A stretch of 64,000 nt of DNA from Candidatus Hinthialibacter antarcticus (GCA_030765645.1 JAVCCE010000063.1:137626-201625), one strand, 5' to 3'; positions 19,401 through 27,858 are shown, numbered from the stretch's first letter. Program-made: numbers and translations. Notes: a model not told the origin generated them from the letters alone.

Positions 19401-20182
19401 ATATCATCAATGTCATCGGCGACGCCTTCCAGGTCAGCTGCGTCCAGCCCGAGTTCTTCACTCAAGCCCGCTAGGTCATCGTCAAGACTAGCGTCTTCCA
19501 GGTCGACGCCTTCCAGGTCTTCCATCATATCGGGGTCGAGCGCCATGTCTTCGAGACCCGATTCTTGCAGCGTGTCCATTCCCTCGAGGCCGTCATCGCT
19601 TACTTCATCCTCATCGGGCATGTAATCATCAATGGCATCGAGTTCCGGCGCCGAGAGGTCATCCTGTTCGCTTGCAGGCTCTGGCTCTTCTTGTTGTTCA
19701 AAGGGAGAGCGGCTTTTTGTTTCTTTGGGGACGGAAGTAGAAAAGAACGTATTTAATTCGTCAGGCGTGTATTCGCTGTTTTTTAGCGTCCGGGCCAAAT
19801 TTTTGGCTTTTGAGAACATGCGGGAGAAAAGCGAGGGCGGTTTGTCAAACGACGATTCCAGCGTAATCTGGCGCGGGATGTTGCTTTCAGAGAACCCGGC
19901 GGAACTCGCGCCAAGCGCTTGAGTAACGGCTTCATCGTCGACAATGGGGTCGTCGGTAAGTTGGCGGCGCCCTTTGCCGGAGATCATTGACTGGGGCAAC
20001 TCGCCGTTGTCGACCATTACTTCGACCAGGCGTTGCTCAAGCAACGAGTCGACCTCTGTCATGGGGTCGTCTACGTCATAACCGGCCGATTTCATGGCGC
20101 GCAGAATGGTCTCCGACCGCACGCCTAATTCAAGCGCCAGTTCTAACGCAGTTTTTGAACCATCCATTGGTCCAGCCGCCAT
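16439..20182 (-). CDS. Large (1247 aa) membrane-anchored tetratricopeptide-repeat protein embedded in the flagellar operon
   Basis: N-terminal IF2_N-like helical module, about 150-aa Asp/Glu-rich acidic linker, single TM (LIGGAFSLMIIVLVCVVAWWMWF), then about 850 aa of TPR-like repeats. Confidence 0.7.
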   Translation of the reverse strand: MAAGPMDGSKTALELALELGVRSETILRAMKSAGYDVDDPMTEVDSLLEQRLVEVMVDNGELPQSMISGKGRRQLTDDPIVDDEAVTQALGASSAGFSESNIPRQITLESSFDKPPSLFSRMFSKAKNLARTLKNSEYTPDELNTFFSTSVPKETKSRSPFEQQEEPEPASEQDDLSAPELDAIDDYMPDEDEVSDDGLEGMDTLQESGLEDMALDPDMMEDLEGVDLEDASLDDDLAGLSEELGLDAADLEGVADDIDDIDDAADELTEGLEDEMEGVELDEEDLELLDGEEGGAGGAGDGDVISEEEEEYVPNFLEKILSRIHLSPSETWALIGGAFSLMIIVLVCVVAWWMWFSPKAQKDIYDQAVAHQESARDIVTEYDYLSAERWKERAGELEAASVKFETYITEFPETPLTKDAYYNWCDITFELANLYEENAGEEDTDPIAKKSEEAYRQTTQRYNTYLDYLQKIANRAVSQGVAGEDQFVPVEYQQEALWRIALSQQKLKRYQEAIDQFDQFAQRFSTSPESVEAIQKIADIYQEWAKTDKEEELNMLNEATERYKQALERLETKPDENRLALSQIHAELGDIQYRLYERSQEQEKNEQADAFLRESIGHYEAAENEARLVTNLSNAQRNEIFKPLADMYLMRGRAAGELWNRNEEGAQSFPEGITYRQTLLDEAARQRELAQDFLGKANTLYDEMISTDNKELKEDIIYNKTEALFIMRKYPEAMAAGQILLGESEDTENTTKLSPDVDAKLHYLLGHVAWEMAKKNKDYTNVKKYYREALAKDAFFPKERQGEISHLATLRLTNAYFLVDKNYEESLNRFQSAKENYPDTDYTFLTLYWMGKAQDEYGQHLNQQADDLLAKSQAQSDQLQAQQLREKAKQQYADAILTYDRAIESRELSKYIDVQNKSYLIEIMFNRGHSAFFAGKQRDAEKYLLEALDKHQNDAAAKKHVPETIERLGDINALLANYDKAIDYYRDYLGEAYPDPNARVKMKLADAYLRHFSPDRAREWYNRIVRDYGTPKGVKGPGFESLKKIARSHIQESALKSGQESDDELNNALGAFDSLAKNYPLPDNAKLPNDAESLHAIGNIQYRLNNYPESISAYKAYLRHANAPQRTGMIHYRIGQAYLDMNQPAQAVNELGNITEQSMDNLTQYADALILTGEAYEEQAKQYQQNGDNSMYETYLRKAEEAYNRVKITGSADRIAEADTKRKLIASILARLREQRELARNQQLQGG

Positions 20183-20201
20183 TTGTTCTGGTCCTTCCGG
20201 T

Positions 20202-21596
20202 TTATGAACCGGTTTGCATCATGACCGGCGCGTCGCCAGTCTTTTTGTATTCGTTCAGTTTATTTCGTAACGTTCGAATGCTGATGCCTAAAATTTCCGC
20301 CGCCCGGGTGCGATTGTTTTGCGTATGCTCAAGCGTTTTGAAAATCAGCTGCTTTTCCATTTCCGCCACAGTCAGCCCGACTTCCATCGTGTTAACGGGC
20401 GCCGCCGAATCTCCGACGCTGTTCGAGACGACGTCGGCAGATAAATGTTGAATTTGAATCATCGGCGTTTTGCATAAAACCACAGCGCGCTCCAAACAAT
20501 TTTGCAGTTGCCGTACGTTGCCCGGCCAGTTATACCGGATTAACGCCTGTTCAACTTCGGGAACGGCCCCGCTGATCTTTTTGTTCATCTGCTGATTGTA
20601 TTGCTGAATAAAATGATTTGCCAATTCTAAAATGTCGCCTTTTCTCTCTCTCAAGGGCGGGAACTCAATCGTGACGACATTGAGGCGGTAATAGAGGTCC
20701 TCACGAAACTCGCCTTTTTCGATGGAATCGTGCAAGTTGCGGTTGGTGGTCGCCATGACCCGTACGTCAACCGAAACCGGCTCGCGTCCGCCCACTTTGT
20801 CAACTTCTTTCTCTTGCAAAACGCGCAGCAACTTCGCTTGCAATTTGGGGCTCATTTCCGACACTTCGTCCAGCAAAATTGAGCCGCCGTCAGCCAGGAC
20901 GAATTTCCCCTCATTCGAGCGGATCGCCCCGGTAAACGAGCCTTTCTCGTGCCCGAACAGTTCGCTTTCGAGCAATTCTTCTGAAATGGCCGCGCAGTTC
21001 ACTTTGATAAAGCGTTTGTGCCGCCGAGAACTGTGATAATGAATCGCGCCCGCGATCAGTTCTTTACCGGTCCCGCTCTCTCCTTGAATCAAGACGGTGC
21101 TGGGGGTCGGCGCGACGGTTTTAATCAATTCAAAAATTTCCTGCATTTTTCCGTCGGAGCCGATGATGGTATCCAACCCATAACGTAGGCCCGCCGCTTC
21201 GCGCAGATGTTTGTTTTCCTTTTTAAGATCGGCGACTCCAAGGCATTTATTGATGATGATTTTTAATTCTTCGACGTCAAACGGCTTTTTTAAATAATCA
21301 GCGGCGCCCAGTTTCATCGCGGAAACCGCGCTTTCGACGGTGGAGTGCGCCGTTAACATGATCGCTTCAATGCTTTCAGATATCTCTTTGAGTTTGGCCA
21401 GCGTTTCGATGCCGTCCATGCCGGGCATTTTTATGTCGCACAATACCAGGTCGGGGACGTCGTCTTGGGCCAGGGCGACGCCTTCTTCGCCGCTGCCCGC
21501 CGTACGGACGTCAAACCCTTCGCCTTTGAGCACCCGGAACAGCAAGTTCTGGATGCCCACTTCATCATCAATGACTAACAGTTTCGTTTGCGGCAT
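20202..21596 (-). CDS. Sigma54-dependent two-component response regulator (NtrC family; FleR/FlrC-like flagellar regulator)
   Basis: Receiver domain, AAA+ sigma54-interaction domain with GESGTGKE and GSFTGA, C-terminal Fis-type HTH. Confidence 0.85.
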   Translation of the reverse strand: MPQTKLLVIDDEVGIQNLLFRVLKGEGFDVRTAGSGEEGVALAQDDVPDLVLCDIKMPGMDGIETLAKLKEISESIEAIMLTAHSTVESAVSAMKLGAADYLKKPFDVEELKIIINKCLGVADLKKENKHLREAAGLRYGLDTIIGSDGKMQEIFELIKTVAPTPSTVLIQGESGTGKELIAGAIHYHSSRRHKRFIKVNCAAISEELLESELFGHEKGSFTGAIRSNEGKFVLADGGSILLDEVSEMSPKLQAKLLRVLQEKEVDKVGGREPVSVDVRVMATTNRNLHDSIEKGEFREDLYYRLNVVTIEFPPLRERKGDILELANHFIQQYNQQMNKKISGAVPEVEQALIRYNWPGNVRQLQNCLERAVVLCKTPMIQIQHLSADVVSNSVGDSAAPVNTMEVGLTVAEMEKQLIFKTLEHTQNNRTRAAEILGISIRTLRNKLNEYKKTGDAPVMMQTGS

Positions 21597-22819
21597 TATG
21601 TTCCCTCAATGGTTTCATCGGCGGCTGGCAAAAATACCCAAAAGCGGGCGCCGTCGCCGATTGTGCTTTCCACTCGAATAAACCCGCCGTGCTCTTCAAC
21701 AATACGATTGGTTAATGATAGACCTAACCCGGTTCCCGAACTCTTGGTCGTGAAAAACGGGTCAAACAAACGGTCGATGATATTTTTGGGGATCCCCGGG
21801 CCGTTGTCAGCGACTTCGGCGACGACAAACGGTTTCAGCGGCGCGTCCGGCGCAAGGCGCTCTTCTTTTTGCGAGAACCGGACTTGAACTGTCCCACCGC
21901 TACTCATCGCCTCCGCAGCGTTGACGAACAGGTTGATGAACACCTGTTTGATGCGGTCAACGTCAACCCGAATCGTGGCGCGGGCGTCGCTGTCTGCGAT
22001 CTCAATTTTAACGCCGGAGTCGTCCAGTTTGTCCGCTAAAAAGGTCGCGACGGATTGCACGGTCTCATGCAGCGTAACCGTTTGCTGTTCAGGAGAAATC
22101 GGCTTCGCCATATTGAGCAAATTGTCGGTCAGGCGGCTCAGGCGGTCAATTTCTCGAATCAAATTATCTGAAAATTCCGTGATGAATTCTTCGTCATCTT
22201 TATTTGAGGGGAGAATCTGCAAATAGCCGCGAATGGTGGTCAGCGGGTTGCGCATTTCGTGGGCGACGCCCGCCGCCAGTTCGCCCAATGCGGTCAGGCG
22301 GTCTTGGCGTCGCGCTTGTTCTTCTAACAGGCGCTCCACGCTGTAGTCTGTGAACAGGCACGTATAGCCAATCGCCTCGCCTTTTCGGTCTAACAGGGGA
22401 GAGAAGCGCCCCCGCGCATAGACCGGCTCGCCATGGGTATTGGCGAAATGCAACTCGCAACGCCCCTCTTGAATCGAATGGGCGAGATAGTCGGCGAAGG
22501 CCGGCGCGCAAATCGGCAGAAATTCGCGAAAGGATTGTCCTGAGGCGGTGCGCGATTCGATTTCGAATAGGCGTTCTGCTGCGCGATTGCAAGTCAGGAT
22601 GTTTTCATCTTTATCCAGAGTGATTAAGGCTTCGGTGATGGAATTATAGATATTGTAGGGATCAATCTCACGAAAGCGTTGTTCGAGACGTTCAAAGGCA
22701 AGCCGCAGTTTTTCGGTATTTTGGTTATATTGGGCATAGAGTTGCTTGAGCGCGTCTACATCAATAGACCCGCTTTCCACGCCTACGGCTGCATGGTCCT
22801 GCAGAAAATCTTGCTTCAC
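21596..22819 (-). CDS. PAS-domain sensor histidine kinase (FleS/FlrB-like), cytoplasmic
   Basis: PAS region, HisKA H-box HEMRNPLTTIRGY, HATPase_c DNGPGIP...GTGLGL; stop overlaps regulator start. Confidence 0.8.
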   Translation of the reverse strand: MKQDFLQDHAAVGVESGSIDVDALKQLYAQYNQNTEKLRLAFERLEQRFREIDPYNIYNSITEALITLDKDENILTCNRAAERLFEIESRTASGQSFREFLPICAPAFADYLAHSIQEGRCELHFANTHGEPVYARGRFSPLLDRKGEAIGYTCLFTDYSVERLLEEQARRQDRLTALGELAAGVAHEMRNPLTTIRGYLQILPSNKDDEEFITEFSDNLIREIDRLSRLTDNLLNMAKPISPEQQTVTLHETVQSVATFLADKLDDSGVKIEIADSDARATIRVDVDRIKQVFINLFVNAAEAMSSGGTVQVRFSQKEERLAPDAPLKPFVVAEVADNGPGIPKNIIDRLFDPFFTTKSSGTGLGLSLTNRIVEEHGGFIRVESTIGDGARFWVFLPAADETIEGT

Positions 22820-22896
22820 ATTACCCTCAACCTGGATCGTTCAACCCGTTTGGCTGCAACGGTGAAAACCCGGGAAATTAAAAAAGATCAGTCAGT

Positions 22897-23358
22897 CTAT
22901 TTCGTCTTATCAATATAACGCGGCGGTCGGACGTCTAGATTGCTGTAGTACGCCTTCGCGCTTTTTTTTTCTTTTTGCAAGTTCAACAACTGCTGGTTGA
23001 TTGCGCTCATCTTGTCGCGTATGCCAACCGTGATCTCGTCTTCCAGCCGTTTTAATTCATCAATCAATGCCAGCAGCGCCTCTTTGGCTTCGGCTGCGGG
23101 CTTTCGTTCGTCTTCACTGTAGGAGGTATGTACCTCTTCCCAAGACGATTTGATGGGCTGGTGGGTTTCTTCAAGCGCTTGGGCTTGTTGAATCCACTCC
23201 CATTTCTCGTTCATCAACCGCGCAATTTGTTCGGTATCTTGTTTTTTTTCTTCAATCAATTCTATTTGCGCTTTTGAGAGCGCAAGAATTTTGTCATAGA
23301 CCGTTTTTTCTTCTGCAAACGCGCTTTCTAACTGCTTCAGTAGGTCAAGATTTTGCAT
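22897..23358 (-). CDS. Coiled-coil protein, FlgN-like flagellar chaperone candidate
   Basis: 153 aa all-helical, Leu/Gln/Glu-rich; heads the fleS/fleR operon. Confidence 0.3.
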   Translation of the reverse strand: MQNLDLLKQLESAFAEEKTVYDKILALSKAQIELIEEKKQDTEQIARLMNEKWEWIQQAQALEETHQPIKSSWEEVHTSYSEDERKPAAEAKEALLALIDELKRLEDEITVGIRDKMSAINQQLLNLQKEKKSAKAYYSNLDVRPPRYIDKTK

Positions 23359-23427
23359 GGAGTGTTATGGGGAGCCTCCACTCTCGCTAGAAACCATTTT
23401 AGACAAAAATACGTATCTCTCGCTGTG

Positions 23428-23456
23428 AGTATAGGTTATATAAAAAAACCAGTCAA
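23428..23456 (-). promoter_or_regulatory. Sigma70-like promoter (TTGACT-N17-TATACT) about 60 nt upstream of the flgN-like/fleS/fleR operon
   Basis: Minus strand TTGACTggtttttttatataaccTATACT read directly. Confidence 0.35.
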
Positions 23457-23666
23457 GGAAAAATTTTCCGCTTTTTGGATTTTGTAACATTCTTTCTTCA
23501 GCTTGTTACAACCTGCCCAACATCTCGACTGCAACGATCATATATATGCTTCGGCAGCCTGGGAAAAGAGTTGACTTTTCAATGATATTTTCACAGATAA
23601 TTGTTTACTTGATGATGCATTAAGGCGGTTGATTACTGACCAATGAGACTATTTATAAAATCCTGA

Positions 23667-23721
23667 ATCCCCCCTGCCCCCCTTTCAATAAGGGGGGTGG
23701 CGCTGCAAGCGCCGGGGGGAT
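23667..23721. repeat. G/C-rich nested palindromic (REP-like) element, copy 1
   Basis: ATCCCCCCtgCCCCCCtttcaataaGGGGGGTGGCGCtgcaaGCGCCGGGGGGAT: outer C6/G6 arms enclosing two hairpins. Confidence 0.5.
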
Positions 23722-23780
23722 AAAAGTAGAGCAAGTTGAATCCGCGAGTTAGAATTTCTAAGTTTTTCGTTGAAAGCCTT

Positions 23781-23851
23781 GGCGCGTTGTGAGCGCCTGT
23801 GCAAAAGGGCATGAAAGCCCGCACCGAAGCGAATAGAGATGTACCCATGCC
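23781..23851 (-). ncRNA. Partial, inverted copy (core about 60 nt) of the about 208-nt structured intergenic element
   Basis: Reverse complement GGCATGGGTACATCTCTATTCGCTTCGGTGCGGGCTTTCATGCCCTTTTGCACAGGCGCT matches cores at 44345-44404 and 58624-58683; inner hairpin GGGC-loop-GCCC preserved with loop change. Confidence 0.4.
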
Positions 23852-23881
23852 TTATATAGTTTTCTGCCTTGGGAATCATGT

Positions 23882-25681
23882 TTGGATGAGATTTTTTTTC
23901 TTGTTTGGAAACGTTTCTCTAATCGTCTCTATCATGCAGCGGTGAGTTCTATTACGATAGTTCAAACCATGAACCAAAATGAAATAGCGAAGACTTGTAT
24001 GCTCAGTCGGCGCGGAGAATTTCGCGTTGTATTGCTGTATGTCCCGGCGGTGTTGATTTACGGCCTGCTCGCCAATGTCGGGACGCCGGTTCTCGAAGTC
24101 ATTTGGGACATGGTGTTCTATAAATCCATGGCTTTCAGTTTGCATAATTGGTCGTCGTTTGATTTATCGAAAAACCAATCCGTCCCGCCGCTGTATCCCG
24201 CGATTCTCTCGGTCGCCTTTTTCGCCAAAGACTATCTGACGGTCGAATTCATTCAGTCGTGGATCAACCCGGCGTTGTATTTTATCGGATTGTTTCCTCT
24301 CTATCGGTTGGCGCGTATGTTTGCCGATCCTGTTGCGGCGCTAACCGCGTGTGTTTTTTATCTGTTTTATCCCGCTGTGGTTTATACCCAATGGTCGATG
24401 AGTGAAAACTTGGCGGCGCCGTTGACGCTGTTTCTTTTTTGGGCGGCGGCGGTTTTGTTGCAGGCCGACCGTTCTCGCTGGCTGGTTGCGGTCGGGTTCG
24501 CCGTCGTTCTTGCAGCGCTTTGCCTAACGCGCATCCAGGCGTTGTTGTTATGTGGATTCATTGGCGTGTGGGTCCCGTTCCGGTGTTGGAGAACGAAGAA
24601 ACCTATCGCGCCTCCATTGGTGGGAGCGCTGCTGTCAGGGCTGATCGTGATTGGCGTCTGGTGGGGCTTGGGCTTTTTGGGCGTCGAGCGGAATTCGCCG
24701 TTCTATTTTGATCTGGAAAAACCGGACGCGCTTGGCGCGGCGGCGGTCGCATCAAAATTTTTGACCTTACTGGCCGCGCACGGCGCGGCATTATGGGTCG
24801 AAGGCGCTTTGTTACTAACGCCGATTTTGTTGGGCGCGTGGCTGGTTTCGATTTTGGTTCCTAAGTGCTTGACGCCGCTTGAGCGTGAATATGCGTTGAT
24901 GATTGGCTGGGCTTTGTGGTTGATCGTCGGGTTCGTCGCGTTGTATTACATTCTGCGCGCGCCCTATGAAAACTGGTCGATTGGCTTGCGCTATATTTTT
25001 TATCTCAATCACGCCGCCTTGCCGTTGGCGGTTGCTTTTTTGGGGCGTTTTCGTTTGTCGAAAGACGACGCTTCCGTCCCCGGCGGCGCATCAATCATTT
25101 TCAGCGCGGTCTTTTTGTTTGCAGTATTGATTGCGTCCGGCGTGTTGTGGACGGACGTTTGGCCAGCGCTCGGGGCGCATAAAACCTTCTTTACGAATGC
25201 GCCGTCGTTAGATTTTCTTACGCAACTGCGCAATGAAGGGCCTTGGGTCGGCGGCGGAATTTTATTGCTAATCTCAGCGTTGATCGTCACGCTTTGGTTT
25301 TCAACGAAGCGTTTTGGGTTGGTGTTGGCGGCAGTGGTCATGCTGTACATTCAGTTCGCGACGTTGGAAGGCGCCATCGGTATCCGCAAGGCCGCCGCCC
25401 AAACGTTATGGGGAGAAAGCATCCATTATTTCTGTGATGACATACAACACAACAAATGGGGCGATGTTCCATTATATTGTCAAGAAGAATTCCCGTTCCT
25501 GATCCCCAATTTATATTATTGGGTGCAACGCCCCGTCGGGGCAGCGCCTGCTGACGGTTCGGGTATAAATCCTCCCTATGTGTTGCTGACGCCTGGCGAG
25601 TGGTCAGAAGGAGAACTGGTATTTGCTCACGGCGGTTTGAAGGCTTACTTTGTTGGATCCTCGCCCAGTGTTTTACCTTAG
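23882..25681 (+). CDS. Integral membrane GT-C fold glycosyltransferase (ArnT/PMT-like)
   Basis: About 13 predicted TM helices, 599 aa; true start may be internal (MNQNEIAK...). Confidence 0.55.
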   Translation: MDEIFFLVWKRFSNRLYHAAVSSITIVQTMNQNEIAKTCMLSRRGEFRVVLLYVPAVLIYGLLANVGTPVLEVIWDMVFYKSMAFSLHNWSSFDLSKNQSVPPLYPAILSVAFFAKDYLTVEFIQSWINPALYFIGLFPLYRLARMFADPVAALTACVFYLFYPAVVYTQWSMSENLAAPLTLFLFWAAAVLLQADRSRWLVAVGFAVVLAALCLTRIQALLLCGFIGVWVPFRCWRTKKPIAPPLVGALLSGLIVIGVWWGLGFLGVERNSPFYFDLEKPDALGAAAVASKFLTLLAAHGAALWVEGALLLTPILLGAWLVSILVPKCLTPLEREYALMIGWALWLIVGFVALYYILRAPYENWSIGLRYIFYLNHAALPLAVAFLGRFRLSKDDASVPGGASIIFSAVFLFAVLIASGVLWTDVWPALGAHKTFFTNAPSLDFLTQLRNEGPWVGGGILLLISALIVTLWFSTKRFGLVLAAVVMLYIQFATLEGAIGIRKAAAQTLWGESIHYFCDDIQHNKWGDVPLYCQEEFPFLIPNLYYWVQRPVGAAPADGSGINPPYVLLTPGEWSEGELVFAHGGLKAYFVGSSPSVLP

Positions 25682-25787
25682 TGTCTTTTTCGATTGACTG
25701 CCTATTCAGAAACAATGGCGTGTAGTGTATTCTTATGGGGCGCAACTATATTTGACTTTTTGGGATTTGTTGAAAGGAAAGAGCATC

Positions 25788-26561
25788 ATGGAAGTGGTGG
25801 TTCTTAAAGACTATGACGAAATATGCCAGCAAGCAGCCAAGCAAGTTTCAGAACTTGTGCGGACAAAACCCAATTGCGTCTTAGGGCTTGCCACGGGTAG
25901 TACGCCCATCGGCCTCTATCGAGAATTGATCCGTCAATATCGCGACGAGGGCTTGGATTTCTCAAAAATATCCACGTTCAATTTAGATGAATATGTGGGC
26001 ATTCCCACTTCGCATGAACAATCCTATCACACCTTCATGCACGTGAATCTGTTTGATCAAATCAATATTCAACCCGAACGAATTCATATCCCCAGCGGCA
26101 ATGCAAACGATGTAAAGGCGTTTTGTAAGTGGTATGAATCTGAAATGAAAAAACTCGACGGAATCGATCTCCAAATTCTCGGCATTGGCCGCGACGGCCA
26201 TATTGCTTTCAACGAACCCGGCTCTGCGTTGGGGTCGCGCACCCGAATCAAAACATTAACCCGCGAGACCATTGAAGACAACGCGCGCTTTTTTGGCAGC
26301 GTTGACGAGGTGCCTCGCTTTGCGATCACGATGGGCGTTGGCACCATCCAAGAAGCCAAACGCGTGATCTTAATGGCGAGCGGCGAGAGCAAGGCCGATA
26401 TCATCGCCAAAGCAATCGAAGGCCCTATGACCGCCCAAGTGACAGCATCAGTGTTGCAATTGCACCCGGACACCATTGTGTACCTGGATGAAGCGGCGGC
26501 GTCTAAACTCGAACGATACGACTACTACAAGTGGGTATACGAAAACAAGCCTGATATGTAA
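25788..26561 (+). CDS. nagB: Glucosamine-6-phosphate deaminase NagB
   Basis: MEVVVLKDYDEI...GLATGSTP...FNLDEYVG...GIGRDGHIAFNEPGS motifs; RBS AAAGGAAAGAG upstream; ORF-track start 25725 is an upstream extension. Confidence 0.9.
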   Translation: MEVVVLKDYDEICQQAAKQVSELVRTKPNCVLGLATGSTPIGLYRELIRQYRDEGLDFSKISTFNLDEYVGIPTSHEQSYHTFMHVNLFDQINIQPERIHIPSGNANDVKAFCKWYESEMKKLDGIDLQILGIGRDGHIAFNEPGSALGSRTRIKTLTRETIEDNARFFGSVDEVPRFAITMGVGTIQEAKRVILMASGESKADIIAKAIEGPMTAQVTASVLQLHPDTIVYLDEAAASKLERYDYYKWVYENKPDM

Positions 26562-26601
26562 GATACCCTCGACGTAATTTTTATTGCTTGAGGGGCCAAC
26601 A

Positions 26602-27858
26602 ATGAACAATATCATTCTGTTTGAGGATGAGGGGTGGAAACAATTGCGTCCATTGACTTGGACGCGGCCCGCCTACTTGCTGCGATGCGGCGTAAACCTG
26701 TTGTCTGAAAAAGCCGCCCAAGCCTTTCATACAAAAAACGTGTCTTACCACGCCCGGCCTGCTCTACAGAACTGGCTCGCCGCTGAGGGAAAACCCACCT
26801 GCATAAACGGCGCCCCAAGCCACGCCGCCCTACTTTTAAATGGACGGGCCGTTTGGTGTTTATCTTTAGCCGAACAGATTACGCAAGGCGATGACGATTG
26901 TTGTTTTGTGCAAGACGGCGTCTTGGTTGCCGTCCGGTGTTCTGCGCAACGCGTATCGAAAATTGATTGGGAACAACTGATTTCCATCACAGATTTTTCC
27001 GACCTGCCCCAGCGTAAAATCTCGGCGACGGTCATCCAATATCATTGGGACTTAGTCTACGAGAACCCCGCTGAGATCGTGTCCGATATCGCGGCATCAG
27101 GAAAATCCGGCGCGCGCGAAGGGACAATTCACCCCGGGGTAACGATTGTCGGCGACCATGCGTTGACCTGCCGCCAGGATTCAGAAATTGACCCTTGCAC
27201 GTTCATTGATACCCGCAAAGGCCCGGTGTGGCTTGGCGAAGGCGCGAAGGTCATGTCGCACTCGATGCTGCAAGGCCCCTGCGTCATCGGCACCCATTCG
27301 ATTGTGAAATCGGGGGGCAAAATCTATAGCGGGACCACCTGCGGCGAATGGTGCAAACTCGGCGGCGAAGTCGAACAAAGCATTTTGCTTTCGTATAGCA
27401 ACAAACAACATGAAGGCTTTCTTGGTCATTCTTACGTCGGCGCCTGGGTTAACATCGCTGCGTCGTCAAATACCAGCGACTTGCGCAACGATTACGCCAA
27501 CATTATGTGCATCATCGACGGCGAGCGAGTGTCAACCGGGCGCCAGTTTGTCGGCGCTGCGTTTGGAGATCATACCAAAACCGGCATTCAAGCGATGATT
27601 AACACAGGCGCGGTCATTGGGGCGTTTTGTAATTTATTTGGTTTAGGATATTCGCCCCGCGAAATTCCATCGTTCGCCTGGGGCGGCCCGGTGGGGTGGT
27701 CGGAGCATCGCTTCGATAAAGCCTTGGAGGCGGCGTCGCGTATGATGGAGCGCCGCAGCCAATCGTTGACGCCGGAACTCGAAAAACTCTACCAATCGGT
27801 TTATGAACAAACGCGCGATGAGCGAGAGCGAATTTTTCATCAACAGGCGGAGGATTAA
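26602..27858 (+). CDS. GlmU-like sugar-phosphate nucleotidyltransferase/acyltransferase with left-handed beta-helix (hexapeptide) domain
   Basis: N-terminal nucleotidyltransferase-like region, long hexapeptide-repeat LbH region. Confidence 0.55.
   Translation: MNNIILFEDEGWKQLRPLTWTRPAYLLRCGVNLLSEKAAQAFHTKNVSYHARPALQNWLAAEGKPTCINGAPSHAALLLNGRAVWCLSLAEQITQGDDDCCFVQDGVLVAVRCSAQRVSKIDWEQLISITDFSDLPQRKISATVIQYHWDLVYENPAEIVSDIAASGKSGAREGTIHPGVTIVGDHALTCRQDSEIDPCTFIDTRKGPVWLGEGAKVMSHSMLQGPCVIGTHSIVKSGGKIYSGTTCGEWCKLGGEVEQSILLSYSNKQHEGFLGHSYVGAWVNIAASSNTSDLRNDYANIMCIIDGERVSTGRQFVGAAFGDHTKTGIQAMINTGAVIGAFCNLFGLGYSPREIPSFAWGGPVGWSEHRFDKALEAASRMMERRSQSLTPELEKLYQSVYEQTRDERERIFHQQAED

Noticed and set aside
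19212-19625. 137-aa Ser/Pro-rich plus-strand ORF and neighbouring small ORFs
   Set aside because: They are antisense to the Asp/Glu-rich acidic linker of the large TPR gene. The GAC/GAG repeats read as Ser/Pro in reverse, so this is compositional artefact.
23633-23879. Small minus-strand ORFs (71 and 64 aa) spanning the G-rich palindrome and the partial element copy
   Set aside because: They lie entirely within repeat or palindromic sequence and have no RBS. They are most likely non-coding.
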